Assembly: GCA_965224245.1 (NCBI GenBank)
Contig: OZ245046.1
Coordinates: 4,768,001-4,832,000 of the forward strand
Direction of reading: 5' to 3'
Length of the DNA: 64,000 nt
From: Candidatus Eiseniibacteriota bacterium
Lineage (GTDB): Bacteria; Eisenbacteria; RBG-16-71-46; CAZAMP01
A program made the position numbers and the translations under genes. Below the pieces are notes generated by a model. It was not told where the DNA came from. It saw nothing but the letters and a program-made list of their open reading frames with translations, and did no database searches. Shown one piece after another: positions 46,769-56,174 of the stretch. How positions within the stretch are numbered: position 1 is the stretch's first letter; each line of letters opens with the position of its first letter.

Positions 46769-46788
46769 GTGTCAGGCGAGGCTGACAC
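46769..46788. promoter_or_regulatory. Palindromic candidate PrsR enhancer (TGT-N12-ACA)
   Basis: GTGTCAG-N6-CTGACAC with perfect 7-bp arms, about 250 bp upstream of the gene-2 sigma-54 site. Confidence 0.55.
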
Positions 46789-46976
46789 CCCGCCGGGTGG
46801 CGTCGCGGTCGTGGTCGACGCGCCCCCGCGCGCGACAAACGACCGGGGCGGTCGCCGGTCGCTCGAGGTCCGCGGCGCGACCTTTGTTCCCCCGTCACGA
46901 CATCTCGTACACTCACCCTTGCGAACGTCGGGTCGAAACGCTCTCCATTCCGCATCACGACAAAGGAATGCAATCC

Positions 46977-49610
46977 ATGTTCCGTCACCTCGCCGGCTCG
47001 TTCCTGGGCCTGATCGTCGTTCTGGCCGCCCTCTGGGCCCTCGGACACCGTGCTGATCTCCTCGGCCCGACCGGCGAGCCCGCGGGCACCCTTGCCGAGG
47101 CGAAGACCTGGCGCACCTGGCGGCCCGGCGAGCGTCTCTCCCGGGAGCCCGCCGGGAAGATCCCCGGCGACTGGTTCACCGCGCAGCGCGCCTATCCCGC
47201 CACCGACCTGCCGGCGGCCACGGTTCGTGCCGCAATGCGCGACGCGCTCACGTTCGATGCGCTCCACCGCGCCGGCGGAGCCGGCGTGTGGACACCGGCC
47301 GGGCCCACCAACGTCGGCGGACGGATCACCGACGTCGAGGCCGACCCTGCCGACCCCAGCACGATCTACGCGGGAAGCGCGGCCGGCGGCGTGTTCAAGT
47401 CCACGGACGGAGGGGTGGACTGGACCGCGATCTTCGACGACCAGCCCTTCGGGGCGATCGGCGCCATCGCTCTCGATCCGAGCGACGCGAGCACGATCTA
47501 CGTGGGCACCGGCGAGGCCAACGCGGCCGGCGACACGTACTCGGGGGACGGCGTCTACAAGTCCACCGACGCCGGCACCTCCTGGCAGCACATCGGCCTC
47601 GAGGCCACGGCGAAGATCGCAGACATCGAGATCGATCCCACCGACCCCCAGCGCGTCTTCGTGGCGGCGATGGGCCGGCTCTTCTCGACGAACGTCGAGC
47701 GCGGGCTGTACCGTTCCGAGGACGGCGGCGCCTCGTGGACGAACGTTCTCTTCGTCGACGACTCGACCGGCGTGGTGGACGTCGCCATCCATCCCACCGA
47801 CCCGGACGTCGTCTACGCCGCCTCGTGGACGCGCATCCGCAAGCCGCAGTACCGGCTGTCGGGCGGACTGGGCAGCGGCATCCACAAGTCGACCGACGGC
47901 GGCGACACGTGGACGCGCCTGGGCGCGGCCGAGGGCCTGCCCGCGCAATCCAGCACGATCGGCCGGATCGGTCTGGCGATCGCCGAGTCCTCGCCGAGCA
48001 CGGTCTACGCGTACTACTGCGACCACCCCGGGTACTTCCTCGGCGTCTACAAGACGACGAACGGCGGCGCGAGCTGGTCGCGCGTGAACGACGGCGCGAT
48101 CGACGACGTGACGTCGTCCTTCGGCTGGTACTTCGGTCAGATCCGCGTCGCGCCGAGCGACGCCGATCGGGTCTGGGTGCTGGGCGTTCCGCTCTACCAC
48201 TCCAGCAACGGCGGCGGATCGTGGGACGATCTCGATTCGGGCGTCCACGTGGATCATCACGCGCTCTGGATCAACCCCACCAACCCGAACCAGATCTACT
48301 CCGGCAACGACGGGGGCTTCTATCGCACCACGAACGGCGGCCTGTCGTGGACCAAGTCCGGCAATCTGCCGGTCACGCAGTTCTATGCGATCACCGTGGA
48401 TCCCACGAATCCCGAGCGGCTCTACGGCGGCACGCAGGACAACAGCACGCCCCGCACGCTCGACGGCGCACCCGACGGCTGGGACGTGATCTACTACGGA
48501 GACGGCTTCTACACGCTCGTCGACCCGACCGACCCCAACACGATCTACGCCGAGTACCAGTACGGGGGACTCGGCAAGTCGACGAACCTCGGGAGCAGCT
48601 GGAGCGACGCGACCGGCGGCATCAGCGGCAGCGACCGGCGCAACTGGTCGACGCCCGTCGTGATGGATCCCGACGATCACAACACGCTCTACTACGGGAC
48701 GTACCGCGTATACCGGACCACGAACGGCGCGAGCAGCTGGTCGTCCATCTCGGGCGACCTGACCAACGGCGACGATCCGGGGAGCCTCGTGTTCGGCACG
48801 ATCACCACGATCGACGTCGCCCGCACCGACCCGCAGACGATCATGGCCGGAACCGACGACGGCAACGTGTGGATCACGTTCGACGGGGGCTCGTCGTGGA
48901 ACCGGGTCTCCGATACCCTCCCCGATCGATGGGTCACCCGCGTGACGATCGATCCCACGAACGACCAGATCGCCTACGTCACGCTGTCGGGCTACAAGAA
49001 CGACGAGTACGTACCGTACGTCTTTCGCACCGGGAACGGGGGGCTGAGCTGGACCGACATCACGTCCAACCTGCCGCCGGTGCCCATGAACGACATCCTC
49101 GTGGACCCGGAGGACCCCACTCGGCTCTATCTCGCCGGCGACAGCGGTGTGTACTGGTCGGCGACCACCGGAGCATCGTGGGCCCCCCTGGGTTCGAACC
49201 TGCCCCCGGTGCCGGTGTACGACCTCCATCTCGACGACGGCTCGCGCACGCTCGTCGCGGGCACGCACGGCCGTTCGATGTCGACGTTCGATCTCGATCA
49301 GATCGTGGTGGGCGTGCCGACCGCACCGGGCGTTCCGGCCCTCACCGTGCGTGCGGCACCGAACCCCTTCGCCACGCACACGACGCTGTCGGTGTCGCTC
49401 GATGCGGGGGGTCCGGTCGTGGTGGAGATCTTCGACGCCCGAGGCCGCCTCGTGCGACGCCTCGCCGATCGTGTCGTGACCGCGGGCGAGGCTCGCTTCA
49501 CCTGGGACGGCCACGACGAGCGCGGCGTCGAGCTGGCGGCGGGCACGTACTTCCATCGCGTGCACACGGCATCCGGTGTCGGCGTCGGAAAGCTGTTGCG
49601 GCGCCGGTAG
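46977..49610 (+). CDS. VPS10/BNR (Asp-box) beta-propeller glycosyl-hydrolase-like protein with a C-terminal FlgD-Ig domain
   Basis: Many 'S.DGG.(T/S)W' Asp boxes, 'HVDHHALW', 'GTQDN', 'GTHGRS'; C-terminal 'APNPF...IFDARGRLVRRL...WDGHDERG..LAAGTYF'. Confidence 0.88.
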   Translation: MFRHLAGSFLGLIVVLAALWALGHRADLLGPTGEPAGTLAEAKTWRTWRPGERLSREPAGKIPGDWFTAQRAYPATDLPAATVRAAMRDALTFDALHRAGGAGVWTPAGPTNVGGRITDVEADPADPSTIYAGSAAGGVFKSTDGGVDWTAIFDDQPFGAIGAIALDPSDASTIYVGTGEANAAGDTYSGDGVYKSTDAGTSWQHIGLEATAKIADIEIDPTDPQRVFVAAMGRLFSTNVERGLYRSEDGGASWTNVLFVDDSTGVVDVAIHPTDPDVVYAASWTRIRKPQYRLSGGLGSGIHKSTDGGDTWTRLGAAEGLPAQSSTIGRIGLAIAESSPSTVYAYYCDHPGYFLGVYKTTNGGASWSRVNDGAIDDVTSSFGWYFGQIRVAPSDADRVWVLGVPLYHSSNGGGSWDDLDSGVHVDHHALWINPTNPNQIYSGNDGGFYRTTNGGLSWTKSGNLPVTQFYAITVDPTNPERLYGGTQDNSTPRTLDGAPDGWDVIYYGDGFYTLVDPTDPNTIYAEYQYGGLGKSTNLGSSWSDATGGISGSDRRNWSTPVVMDPDDHNTLYYGTYRVYRTTNGASSWSSISGDLTNGDDPGSLVFGTITTIDVARTDPQTIMAGTDDGNVWITFDGGSSWNRVSDTLPDRWVTRVTIDPTNDQIAYVTLSGYKNDEYVPYVFRTGNGGLSWTDITSNLPPVPMNDILVDPEDPTRLYLAGDSGVYWSATTGASWAPLGSNLPPVPVYDLHLDDGSRTLVAGTHGRSMSTFDLDQIVVGVPTAPGVPALTVRAAPNPFATHTTLSVSLDAGGPVVVEIFDARGRLVRRLADRVVTAGEARFTWDGHDERGVELAAGTYFHRVHTASGVGVGKLLRRR

Positions 49611-49634
49611 CCGAGACAGGGGGAGGCGTCACGC

Positions 49635-50402
49635 ATGTGGCTGGCGATCGGGTCGAGATCCGCGCGCGCGGCCCTCGTCTCGTGGTCGATCGTCGCACTC
49701 GCGCTGGCTCCCTGGAGCACCGCCCGAGCCCGAAGCGCGGTCCGCCTGAAGGACGCCGTGGACGGTGGCCGCGCCACGGTCGACACCGCCGCCGAGCTCG
49801 AGACGGACGACGAGGGTGAGGTCTGGTCGTTCGAAGCGGCGCTCCAGCTCGGCCTCAGTGACCGCTGGCAGCTCCTCGTCGAGGCCGTGCCGTTCACGGC
49901 GGAGTCCCCGGACGACGGCGACGGCGCCAGTGGGGTCGGCGACACCGACGTCTCGCTGTCGTGGGCGGCGTTCGGCGATGCGGAGGCCCTCGCGTCGCTC
50001 GCCGTGGCGGCGAGGATCAAGGTGCCGACGGCCCGCGATTCCGAGATCGGAACCCGACGTCCCGACTACTCCGGGCTCCTGATCATCACGAAGGTGATCG
50101 ATGAGCTCGAGCTCGATCTCGAGACCGAGTACGTCACGTTCGGCGCGCCCGACGGCGAGGACCGCCGCGATCAGCTCCTGTACACGTTCACGGTCGAGTA
50201 CGGTCTCATGGAGGACCTGGCCGTGTACGCCGAGCTGTTCGGGCAGAGCGCCCCCGCCGGTGACGAGTCCCGGTCCGACGCGGCCCTCGCGGGCGCCGAG
50301 ATGGACGTTCCCCTCGGCGATGCCGTGACGCCCTACGCGTCGCTGGAGCTCGACACCGACGGCGTGGCCACGTACCGCGCGGGAATCGAGTGGGACTGGT
50401 GA
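49635..50402 (+). CDS. Outer-membrane beta-barrel (putative MetA-pathway / transporter family)
   Basis: Signal peptide; 'GASGVGDTDVSL', 'RIKVPTA...IGT...DY'; alternating beta-strands; aromatic C-terminus 'GIEWDW'. Confidence 0.65.
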   Translation: MWLAIGSRSARAALVSWSIVALALAPWSTARARSAVRLKDAVDGGRATVDTAAELETDDEGEVWSFEAALQLGLSDRWQLLVEAVPFTAESPDDGDGASGVGDTDVSLSWAAFGDAEALASLAVAARIKVPTARDSEIGTRRPDYSGLLIITKVIDELELDLETEYVTFGAPDGEDRRDQLLYTFTVEYGLMEDLAVYAELFGQSAPAGDESRSDAALAGAEMDVPLGDAVTPYASLELDTDGVATYRAGIEWDW

Positions 50403-50451
50403 GTCGATGGCGCTCGGGCCGCGCCGGGTCGGGACTCCGCGGCCGAGGCGG

Positions 50452-51312
50452 CTAGATCTCGACCTCCCGGAACGACACCTCCCCGTTCGCGGCCACCACG
50501 ACGAGCGAGCTGGGCGCCACCTTGGACCAGCCCTCGTCGTCGCTGAGTCGCTCCGACGCGATGATGGTGGCGCCGTGCGCCTCCTCGGCGTCCAGCATGC
50601 GACACACGCCGCCCTCGCACACGTAGCGACGCCCGGTGTGCACGTACAAGCTGTTGGCGGTGTGATCCACGTCCGACACGAAACGGCTGGCGACCGCGCA
50701 CTCGCCGTCGGTCACCGCGAGGTTCAGGTAGCTCGGCTCGCGATAGCCGGCGGCGTGGGCGAGCGCGACGACGTCGCCGATCGTCATGGCGAGAGCGTTG
50801 GCCATGCGATCGTGCGCGGGTAGCGCGTCGTCTTCCGCGTTCAGCCGGTCGATGAAGCGTCCGAACACCGCCTCGGAGTCGGTGTTCCCGTTGATGGCGT
50901 CGAAGGCCTCGTCCGACAGCATCCGCAGGAGATCGCGTCGAATCGCGCGAAACCCGGCCACGTGGCCGTTGTGCATGAACGCGTAGTGTCGCCACGCGAA
51001 CGGGTGGCAGTTCAGGAGCGTGACCGGAAGCCCCGGCGTCGCGGCGCGCACGTGGCCGAGGATGCAGCGACTCGTGGTCACGCGGGCCACGTTGAAGAGG
51101 TTCTGGTTGCTCCAGGCGGGGGACACCTCGCGCACGATGGCCGGATGCCGGTCCACCGCCGGCACATACCAGGCCACGCCGAAGCCGTCGCCGTTCAGCG
51201 GCTCGTCGCGCTCCTTGCTGTCGTAGCTCTGGCGGATGATCGAGTTCGTGGGCTCGGTGATCAGACTGCTGACGAGCAGCTCATTGCCCAGATAGAGAAC
51301 GAAGCGACACAT
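50452..51312 (-). CDS. Class II glutamine amidotransferase (EgtC/YafJ-like)
   Basis: N-terminal 'MCRF', 'NGDGFGVAWY', 'PAWSNQNL', 'HVRAAT', 'NCHPF', 'FMHNG', 'GNTDSE'. Confidence 0.9.
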   Translation of the reverse strand: MCRFVLYLGNELLVSSLITEPTNSIIRQSYDSKERDEPLNGDGFGVAWYVPAVDRHPAIVREVSPAWSNQNLFNVARVTTSRCILGHVRAATPGLPVTLLNCHPFAWRHYAFMHNGHVAGFRAIRRDLLRMLSDEAFDAINGNTDSEAVFGRFIDRLNAEDDALPAHDRMANALAMTIGDVVALAHAAGYREPSYLNLAVTDGECAVASRFVSDVDHTANSLYVHTGRRYVCEGGVCRMLDAEEAHGATIIASERLSDDEGWSKVAPSSLVVVAANGEVSFREVEI

Positions 51313-51473
51313 GGTCGCACCTCCCGCGACCCTTCCGGGGCCGCTCGTCCCGCCGGCAGCGGCGGGGATGGAACGCGCGCGGATCGGAGCCGGAGATCAT
51401 ACCGGAATCGCGTCGCCGGAATGACCCGAGCTCTCGAGCAGCCGCGCCTGCGGACGCGGCGTGAGACGACCCG

Positions 51474-52034
51474 TCACCCCGGTCGCGCCGGCGCCCTGGG
51501 CCCGATCTCGTCGGCCAGGATCGCCCAGCGCTCGTGGTCTCGCCACTCGCCGGCGATCTTCAGGTACGCCGGCGAGAAGCCCTCTCGGCGGAATCCGAGG
51601 CGCTCCACCAGCCGGATCGACCGCGTGTTCGACGGCTGGATGTTGGCCTCCACCCGGTGCAGCTTCAACGCCGAGAACGCGTGCAGCACGACCAGCGCGA
51701 GCCCCTCGGTCATGTACCCGCGCCCCTCGGTGTCGCCGAGTCCGTAGTAGCCGAGGTACGCGCTCTGAAACCCGCCGCGGACGATCTCGCTCAGATTGGC
51801 CACGCCGACGATGCCGGCGTCCTCGCGACGACACACCAGGTATCCCCGGCGACGGCTCGAGCGGAGCCCTCCCAGGTACCGGTGGAATGCCTCGGGCGTG
51901 TCGGGAGGATGCGCGAACGGATGAAGCCGCGAGCGGCTGGCCCGCGCCAGCGCCACGAACGCCGCCGTGTCGGACGCGCGCGGTCGACGGATGAAGACCA
52001 CGGTGCCGGACCGAATGGCCGCGACGCGCGCCAC
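51474..52034 (-). CDS. GNAT acetyltransferase, RimJ/RimL family
   Basis: 'IVRGGFQSAYLGY...GRGYMTEGL...LHRVEANIQPSNTRSIRLVERLGFRREG...WRDHERWA'. Confidence 0.9.
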   Translation of the reverse strand: MARVAAIRSGTVVFIRRPRASDTAAFVALARASRSRLHPFAHPPDTPEAFHRYLGGLRSSRRRGYLVCRREDAGIVGVANLSEIVRGGFQSAYLGYYGLGDTEGRGYMTEGLALVVLHAFSALKLHRVEANIQPSNTRSIRLVERLGFRREGFSPAYLKIAGEWRDHERWAILADEIGPRAPARPG

Positions 52035-52037
52035 GTG

Positions 52038-52487
52038 TCAGCCGCTCGCGCCGTTCATGCGGCGCCGCCGGCGGTCGGCATCCTCGGCCAGCGCCTTCAT
52101 CTCCTGGACCGCTGCCTCCAAGACCGGGGTGAGATCGTGATCGTCGGGCGTGTCGGGGTCCTTGGGCGTCATGTCGATCGTGAACGTCAGATCGAGCGAG
52201 CCCGGAGCATCCTCCGGCTCGGCCACGCGGTGCGTCACGTAGCCGATCAAATGCGGGTGGTCGAGAACCGTGTACGTGATCGTGTGCGTCGGGTCGTCGA
52301 CGACCACGCGCTCGGTCGTCTCCAGCGTCTTCGTGCGCACGCGCCGCAGGATGCGCCCGTCCTCACGCTCGAGCACCTCGCAGGCCTGGACCCCCGACGC
52401 GTCCGGGGTCTCGATCTTGGCCAGGAGCAGTCGCCAGAGGACGTCCAGCGACGACTGAACCCGCGCGGTCGCCTGTGCGTACGGCAT
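52038..52487 (-). CDS. SRPBCC/START-fold protein (AtaL/DUF1857-like)
   Basis: 'LWRLLLAKIETPD..GVQACEVLER...RRV...TERVVVD...ITYTVLDHP'; C-terminal helix. Confidence 0.65.
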   Translation of the reverse strand: MPYAQATARVQSSLDVLWRLLLAKIETPDASGVQACEVLEREDGRILRRVRTKTLETTERVVVDDPTHTITYTVLDHPHLIGYVTHRVAEPEDAPGSLDLTFTIDMTPKDPDTPDDHDLTPVLEAAVQEMKALAEDADRRRRRMNGASG

Positions 52488-52490
52488 CGT

Positions 52491-53945
52491 CTACTCCTGG
52501 ACGAGGACCTTCAGACGCGTGCCGGCGGCGATGCGATCGGTCGCGCCGACGCCGTTCATCAGTGCCAGGCGGTCCACGTCGGCCTTCGCGAGCGCCGGGA
52601 TGGGATACGCCGCGACCAGCTCGCGGAAGCTCGCCGCCCGGTCGGCCTGGATGATCTTCACCCGGACCGGCTTCACGTTCATCGCATCCCGGTCCCGGAG
52701 CTCGCGGAAGCCGTCGGCCACCGCCGAGAACGTGCCTTCGAGCCGCGAGAACGACGCGGCGGCCGTCATGCCGTGAAACACGAACACCGACGGCCCCTTC
52801 TGGATGAACGTGGACTGGAGCTTCAGCGTCCCGTTCTGCTGTGCGACCGAGGCGACCACCCGAACGCCGGAGAAGCCACCGATCGACACGCTCCGGCGAG
52901 ACTCGACCGTGACGTTGGACGTGGCGCCGAACGCGCTCGCCGCCGCGTCGGCCGTGGACTCGGAGGCGAGCGTGAACAGGATCGCGGCGTTGCCGTCCTC
53001 GGAGACCATCTGCACCTGCGACTTCCCGTTCGCGAGCTGCCAGCCGCCGGGTACCGGAAACTGGAAGCCCAGGTCGGGGTGCTTGAACTCGCCGCCGTCC
53101 ACGAAGCCCTCGCGCGGGTTTGGCCCGAACACGATGCCGTCGATCCGCTGCAGGAAGCGATCGCGATCGGTTTCGTAGGACGGCTTGCCCACCTTCGGCT
53201 GCCACTCGGCGGTGAGCTGGAGCACGTTCTCGTACCGGCTCCCGGGGTCGGGGTGGGTGCTCGTCCACTCCGGCAGGCGCGACGCCCCGCCCGAGAGCGC
53301 GCCCAGCGTCCTGAAGAACTCGGCCATGTCGCGCGTGTCGTAGCCGATCCGGGTCGCGTACTCGACGCCCAGCGCGTCGGACTGTCGCTCGTCATCGCGG
53401 CCGAACTTCAGGAGAAGCAGCCCCGAGGCCTGCGACGCCAGCCCGGCGTAGCTCGCGAACGTCTCGCTGAGCACCGATCCGAGCCCCAGTCCGAGGCCGA
53501 AGAGGGTCTGCTGCGTCGCCTGCTGAACGCCGTGCTTGGCGGTCACGTGACCGACCTCGTGGCCGAGCACGCCGGCGAGCGCCGCTTCGGAGTCGAGATA
53601 GGCCAGGATGCCGCGAGTCACGTACACGAAGCCGCCGGGGAGCGCGAACGCGTTCACCACCGGATCGTCCAGGACCCGGATGGTGAACGCCAGCTCCGCG
53701 CGGTGGCTGACGCGGACGAGCCGCTGTCCGAGGTCGGAGACGTACGACGCGAGCGCGGGATCGTCGACGAGGCCGTACTGGGCCACGATCGCCTGATCGC
53801 TCCGCGCACCCAGCTGGACCTCCTGGGCTTCGCTCATCAGGCTGAGCTCTCGCTTGCCGGTGACCGGGTTCACGGCACAGCCGGCCACCACGGCCAGGAG
53901 CATCATCACGAGAGCCGACGCGGTCGCGGGGCGCGCGGGGATCAT
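52491..53945 (-). CDS. M48-family zinc metalloprotease lipoprotein with a LysM-like C-terminus
   Basis: Lipobox 'VAGCAVNPVTG', 'VNAFALPGG', HExxH 'HEVGH', 'ERQSD', 'STHP'. Confidence 0.92.
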   Translation of the reverse strand: MIPARPATASALVMMLLAVVAGCAVNPVTGKRELSLMSEAQEVQLGARSDQAIVAQYGLVDDPALASYVSDLGQRLVRVSHRAELAFTIRVLDDPVVNAFALPGGFVYVTRGILAYLDSEAALAGVLGHEVGHVTAKHGVQQATQQTLFGLGLGLGSVLSETFASYAGLASQASGLLLLKFGRDDERQSDALGVEYATRIGYDTRDMAEFFRTLGALSGGASRLPEWTSTHPDPGSRYENVLQLTAEWQPKVGKPSYETDRDRFLQRIDGIVFGPNPREGFVDGGEFKHPDLGFQFPVPGGWQLANGKSQVQMVSEDGNAAILFTLASESTADAAASAFGATSNVTVESRRSVSIGGFSGVRVVASVAQQNGTLKLQSTFIQKGPSVFVFHGMTAAASFSRLEGTFSAVADGFRELRDRDAMNVKPVRVKIIQADRAASFRELVAAYPIPALAKADVDRLALMNGVGATDRIAAGTRLKVLVQE

Positions 53946-54141
53946 CGGAGCCTCCAGGTGGGCACGGGTTGGACGTGTATCGAGCCGATCATGCCGCGAC
54001 CGGGGCCGCTCCGCAAGGATGGGCCCGGGGAGCCACCGCGGTCCGTCGCGGCGGTATACTTTGCCGGTGCCACGCGAGACCTCCACTCGCGTTCGGGCGA
54101 TCGCACGCGCCGCGGTCCACCCTGGAGCTCGGGGACGGTTG

Positions 54142-54741
54142 ATGGGTCTCTTCGATCGGATCGTCGTCGTCGGCACCAGTGGATCCGGCAAGACGACCCT
54201 GGCCGCCGCGATCGCCTCGCGAACGGGCGCCCCACACACCGAGATCGACGCGTTGCACTGGCGCCCGGGGTGGACGCCCGCGCCGCGCGAGGAGCTTCGG
54301 GCGGCGATCGACGCGGTCACGTCGCGATCGCGGTGGGTCGTGGACGGGAACTACGACAGCCTCCGGGACATCGTGTGGCCGCGGGCCACGCTGATCGTGT
54401 GGCTGGACTATCCGTTTCCGATCGTGTTCGCCCGCGTGGTGCGCCGGACCGTGGGGCGCATCGTTCGGCGAGACGCGCTCTTCTCCGGCAATCGCGAGAG
54501 CTTCCGCCAGTCGTTCCTGAGCCGTCACTCGATCATCCTGTGGATGCTCACGACGTTTCGGCGGCGGCGGCGGACGTACGCCGCACGGATGCGTGCCGCA
54601 TCGGCGGACGGTCCCGAGTGGTGGCGGTGCGGGCGCCCATCCGAAGCGGACCGGCTCCTCCGGTCGATCACCGACGCGATCCACGCGTCCGGGGCGCCGC
54701 CCGCAGGCGAGCCCGACGGCGCCCGGCGGGCGGGAGCCTAG
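54142..54741 (+). CDS. Adenylate-kinase-like P-loop protein (FlaR / topology-modulation family)
   Basis: 'VVGTSGSGKTTLA', 'IDALHWRPGW', 'WVVDGNY', 'VWLDYP'. Confidence 0.85.
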   Translation: MGLFDRIVVVGTSGSGKTTLAAAIASRTGAPHTEIDALHWRPGWTPAPREELRAAIDAVTSRSRWVVDGNYDSLRDIVWPRATLIVWLDYPFPIVFARVVRRTVGRIVRRDALFSGNRESFRQSFLSRHSIILWMLTTFRRRRRTYAARMRAASADGPEWWRCGRPSEADRLLRSITDAIHASGAPPAGEPDGARRAGA

Positions 54742-56174
54742 GCCCCGGCCGCGCCCGAGCGCACGTCGCGCGAGCCGGACCGACGCCTCAGGAGAAGGCG
54801 CTGGATGCGCCGGTGTCGCTCCTCGGTCAGCGGCATCGCCCACAGGACGAGCCCTCCGGCCACGAACGTGAGCCCCACGACCGGACCGAAGATCAGCGCG
54901 AGCCGCCAGGCCACCTCGGGCGACTGCGTGATCGCGGTCCGGTCGAACCCGATCCCGCTCAGGAGATAGCCGGACATCAAGAGCCCGAGCGCCCGCGCCA
55001 GCTTCGTCGACATCTTCCAGACGCCGAAGTAGAGCCCCTCGCGGTTGAGCCCGGTCCGGAGCTTGTCGTAGTCGACCGTGTCGGCCACCAGCGAGTCCAG
55101 GAGCACGATGGACGACCCGAAGAACCCCCCGAGCACGGCCGTGATCATCGGCCCCAGCACGCTCCCCGGCGGGAGCGCCGGGTAGAGGATCGTCGTCATC
55201 GCGCCCAGCCCGAGGACCCCGAGAATCGCCGGCGTCTTCTTCCCCTTCCGGCGGGAGACCCGGACCCAGAACGGGATGCACACGAGGAACGTCGCGAAGA
55301 ACGGGAGGAGCACCGCGAACACGGTGCGCTCCTCACCGAGCCCGAGCCGGTAGTCGTAGTAGTAGAGCGCGATCGACGCGTTGACGGCGCGGCCGACGCC
55401 GGCGATCACGAACGCGACCAGCAGCGGCAGGAACACCGGGTTTCGAAACGCCGAGCGCTGCTGACGGAACGTGTCGACGAGGTGTCGCCACACCGAGCGA
55501 CCGGTCGCGGGGTGCGTGGCGGCCTCGTCGTCACGTCCCCGCGTGGCCCGGAACGACCACGCCGCGGTGGCGATGAGGACCGGCGCGATCACGACGCTGG
55601 CGAGGCTCCGCGAGCGCGCGACGGCGCCGGGCTCGGACTCGCCGCCCAGCGTGCCCAGGATCACGGCCGGAAGCACGGTGCCGACCACGAGCCCCAGCGC
55701 CCCAAAGACCCGGCGGGAGGCGTAGATCGACGTGCGTTCGTGCCGGTCGAACGACAGCTCCGCGCCGAGCGATGCGTGCGGCACCCCGATCACGGTGGTC
55801 GCGGTGTTCAGGATCAGATAGGACGAGAGCAGGTAGAAGAACAGCGCCGAGCGCCCGGTGAGGGCGGGCGGATTGTAGATCGCGATGAAGGCCAGGCTCA
55901 GCGCGATCGCGCCGGGCAGGAAGTACGGCCGGCGACGGCCGTGCCGCGTCTCGGTCCGGTCGGAGATGGTGCCCATGATCGGATCGGAGATCGCGTCCCA
56001 CACGATGGCGATCGCCAGAGCCAGACCCGTGTAGAACGGCGGCAATCCGGCCACCGTGTTGTAGAACTTGAGCAGGTAGACCTGGAGCAGGATCTCGATC
56101 GCCTCTATTCCGAGCTCCACCGAGCCGTACCCGAGCTTCGTCGCCCGACTGAGTCGACGCGACTCCTCGGTCAC
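54738..56174 (-). CDS. MFS transporter, GPH (glycoside-pentoside-hexuronide) family
   Basis: 'WDAISDPIMGTISDRT.TRHGRRRPY', 'LGAELSFDRHERT', 'ADTVDYDKLRTG.NREGLYFG'. Confidence 0.9.
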   Translation of the reverse strand: MTEESRRLSRATKLGYGSVELGIEAIEILLQVYLLKFYNTVAGLPPFYTGLALAIAIVWDAISDPIMGTISDRTETRHGRRRPYFLPGAIALSLAFIAIYNPPALTGRSALFFYLLSSYLILNTATTVIGVPHASLGAELSFDRHERTSIYASRRVFGALGLVVGTVLPAVILGTLGGESEPGAVARSRSLASVVIAPVLIATAAWSFRATRGRDDEAATHPATGRSVWRHLVDTFRQQRSAFRNPVFLPLLVAFVIAGVGRAVNASIALYYYDYRLGLGEERTVFAVLLPFFATFLVCIPFWVRVSRRKGKKTPAILGVLGLGAMTTILYPALPPGSVLGPMITAVLGGFFGSSIVLLDSLVADTVDYDKLRTGLNREGLYFGVWKMSTKLARALGLLMSGYLLSGIGFDRTAITQSPEVAWRLALIFGPVVGLTFVAGGLVLWAMPLTEERHRRIQRLLLRRRSGSRDVRSGAAGA

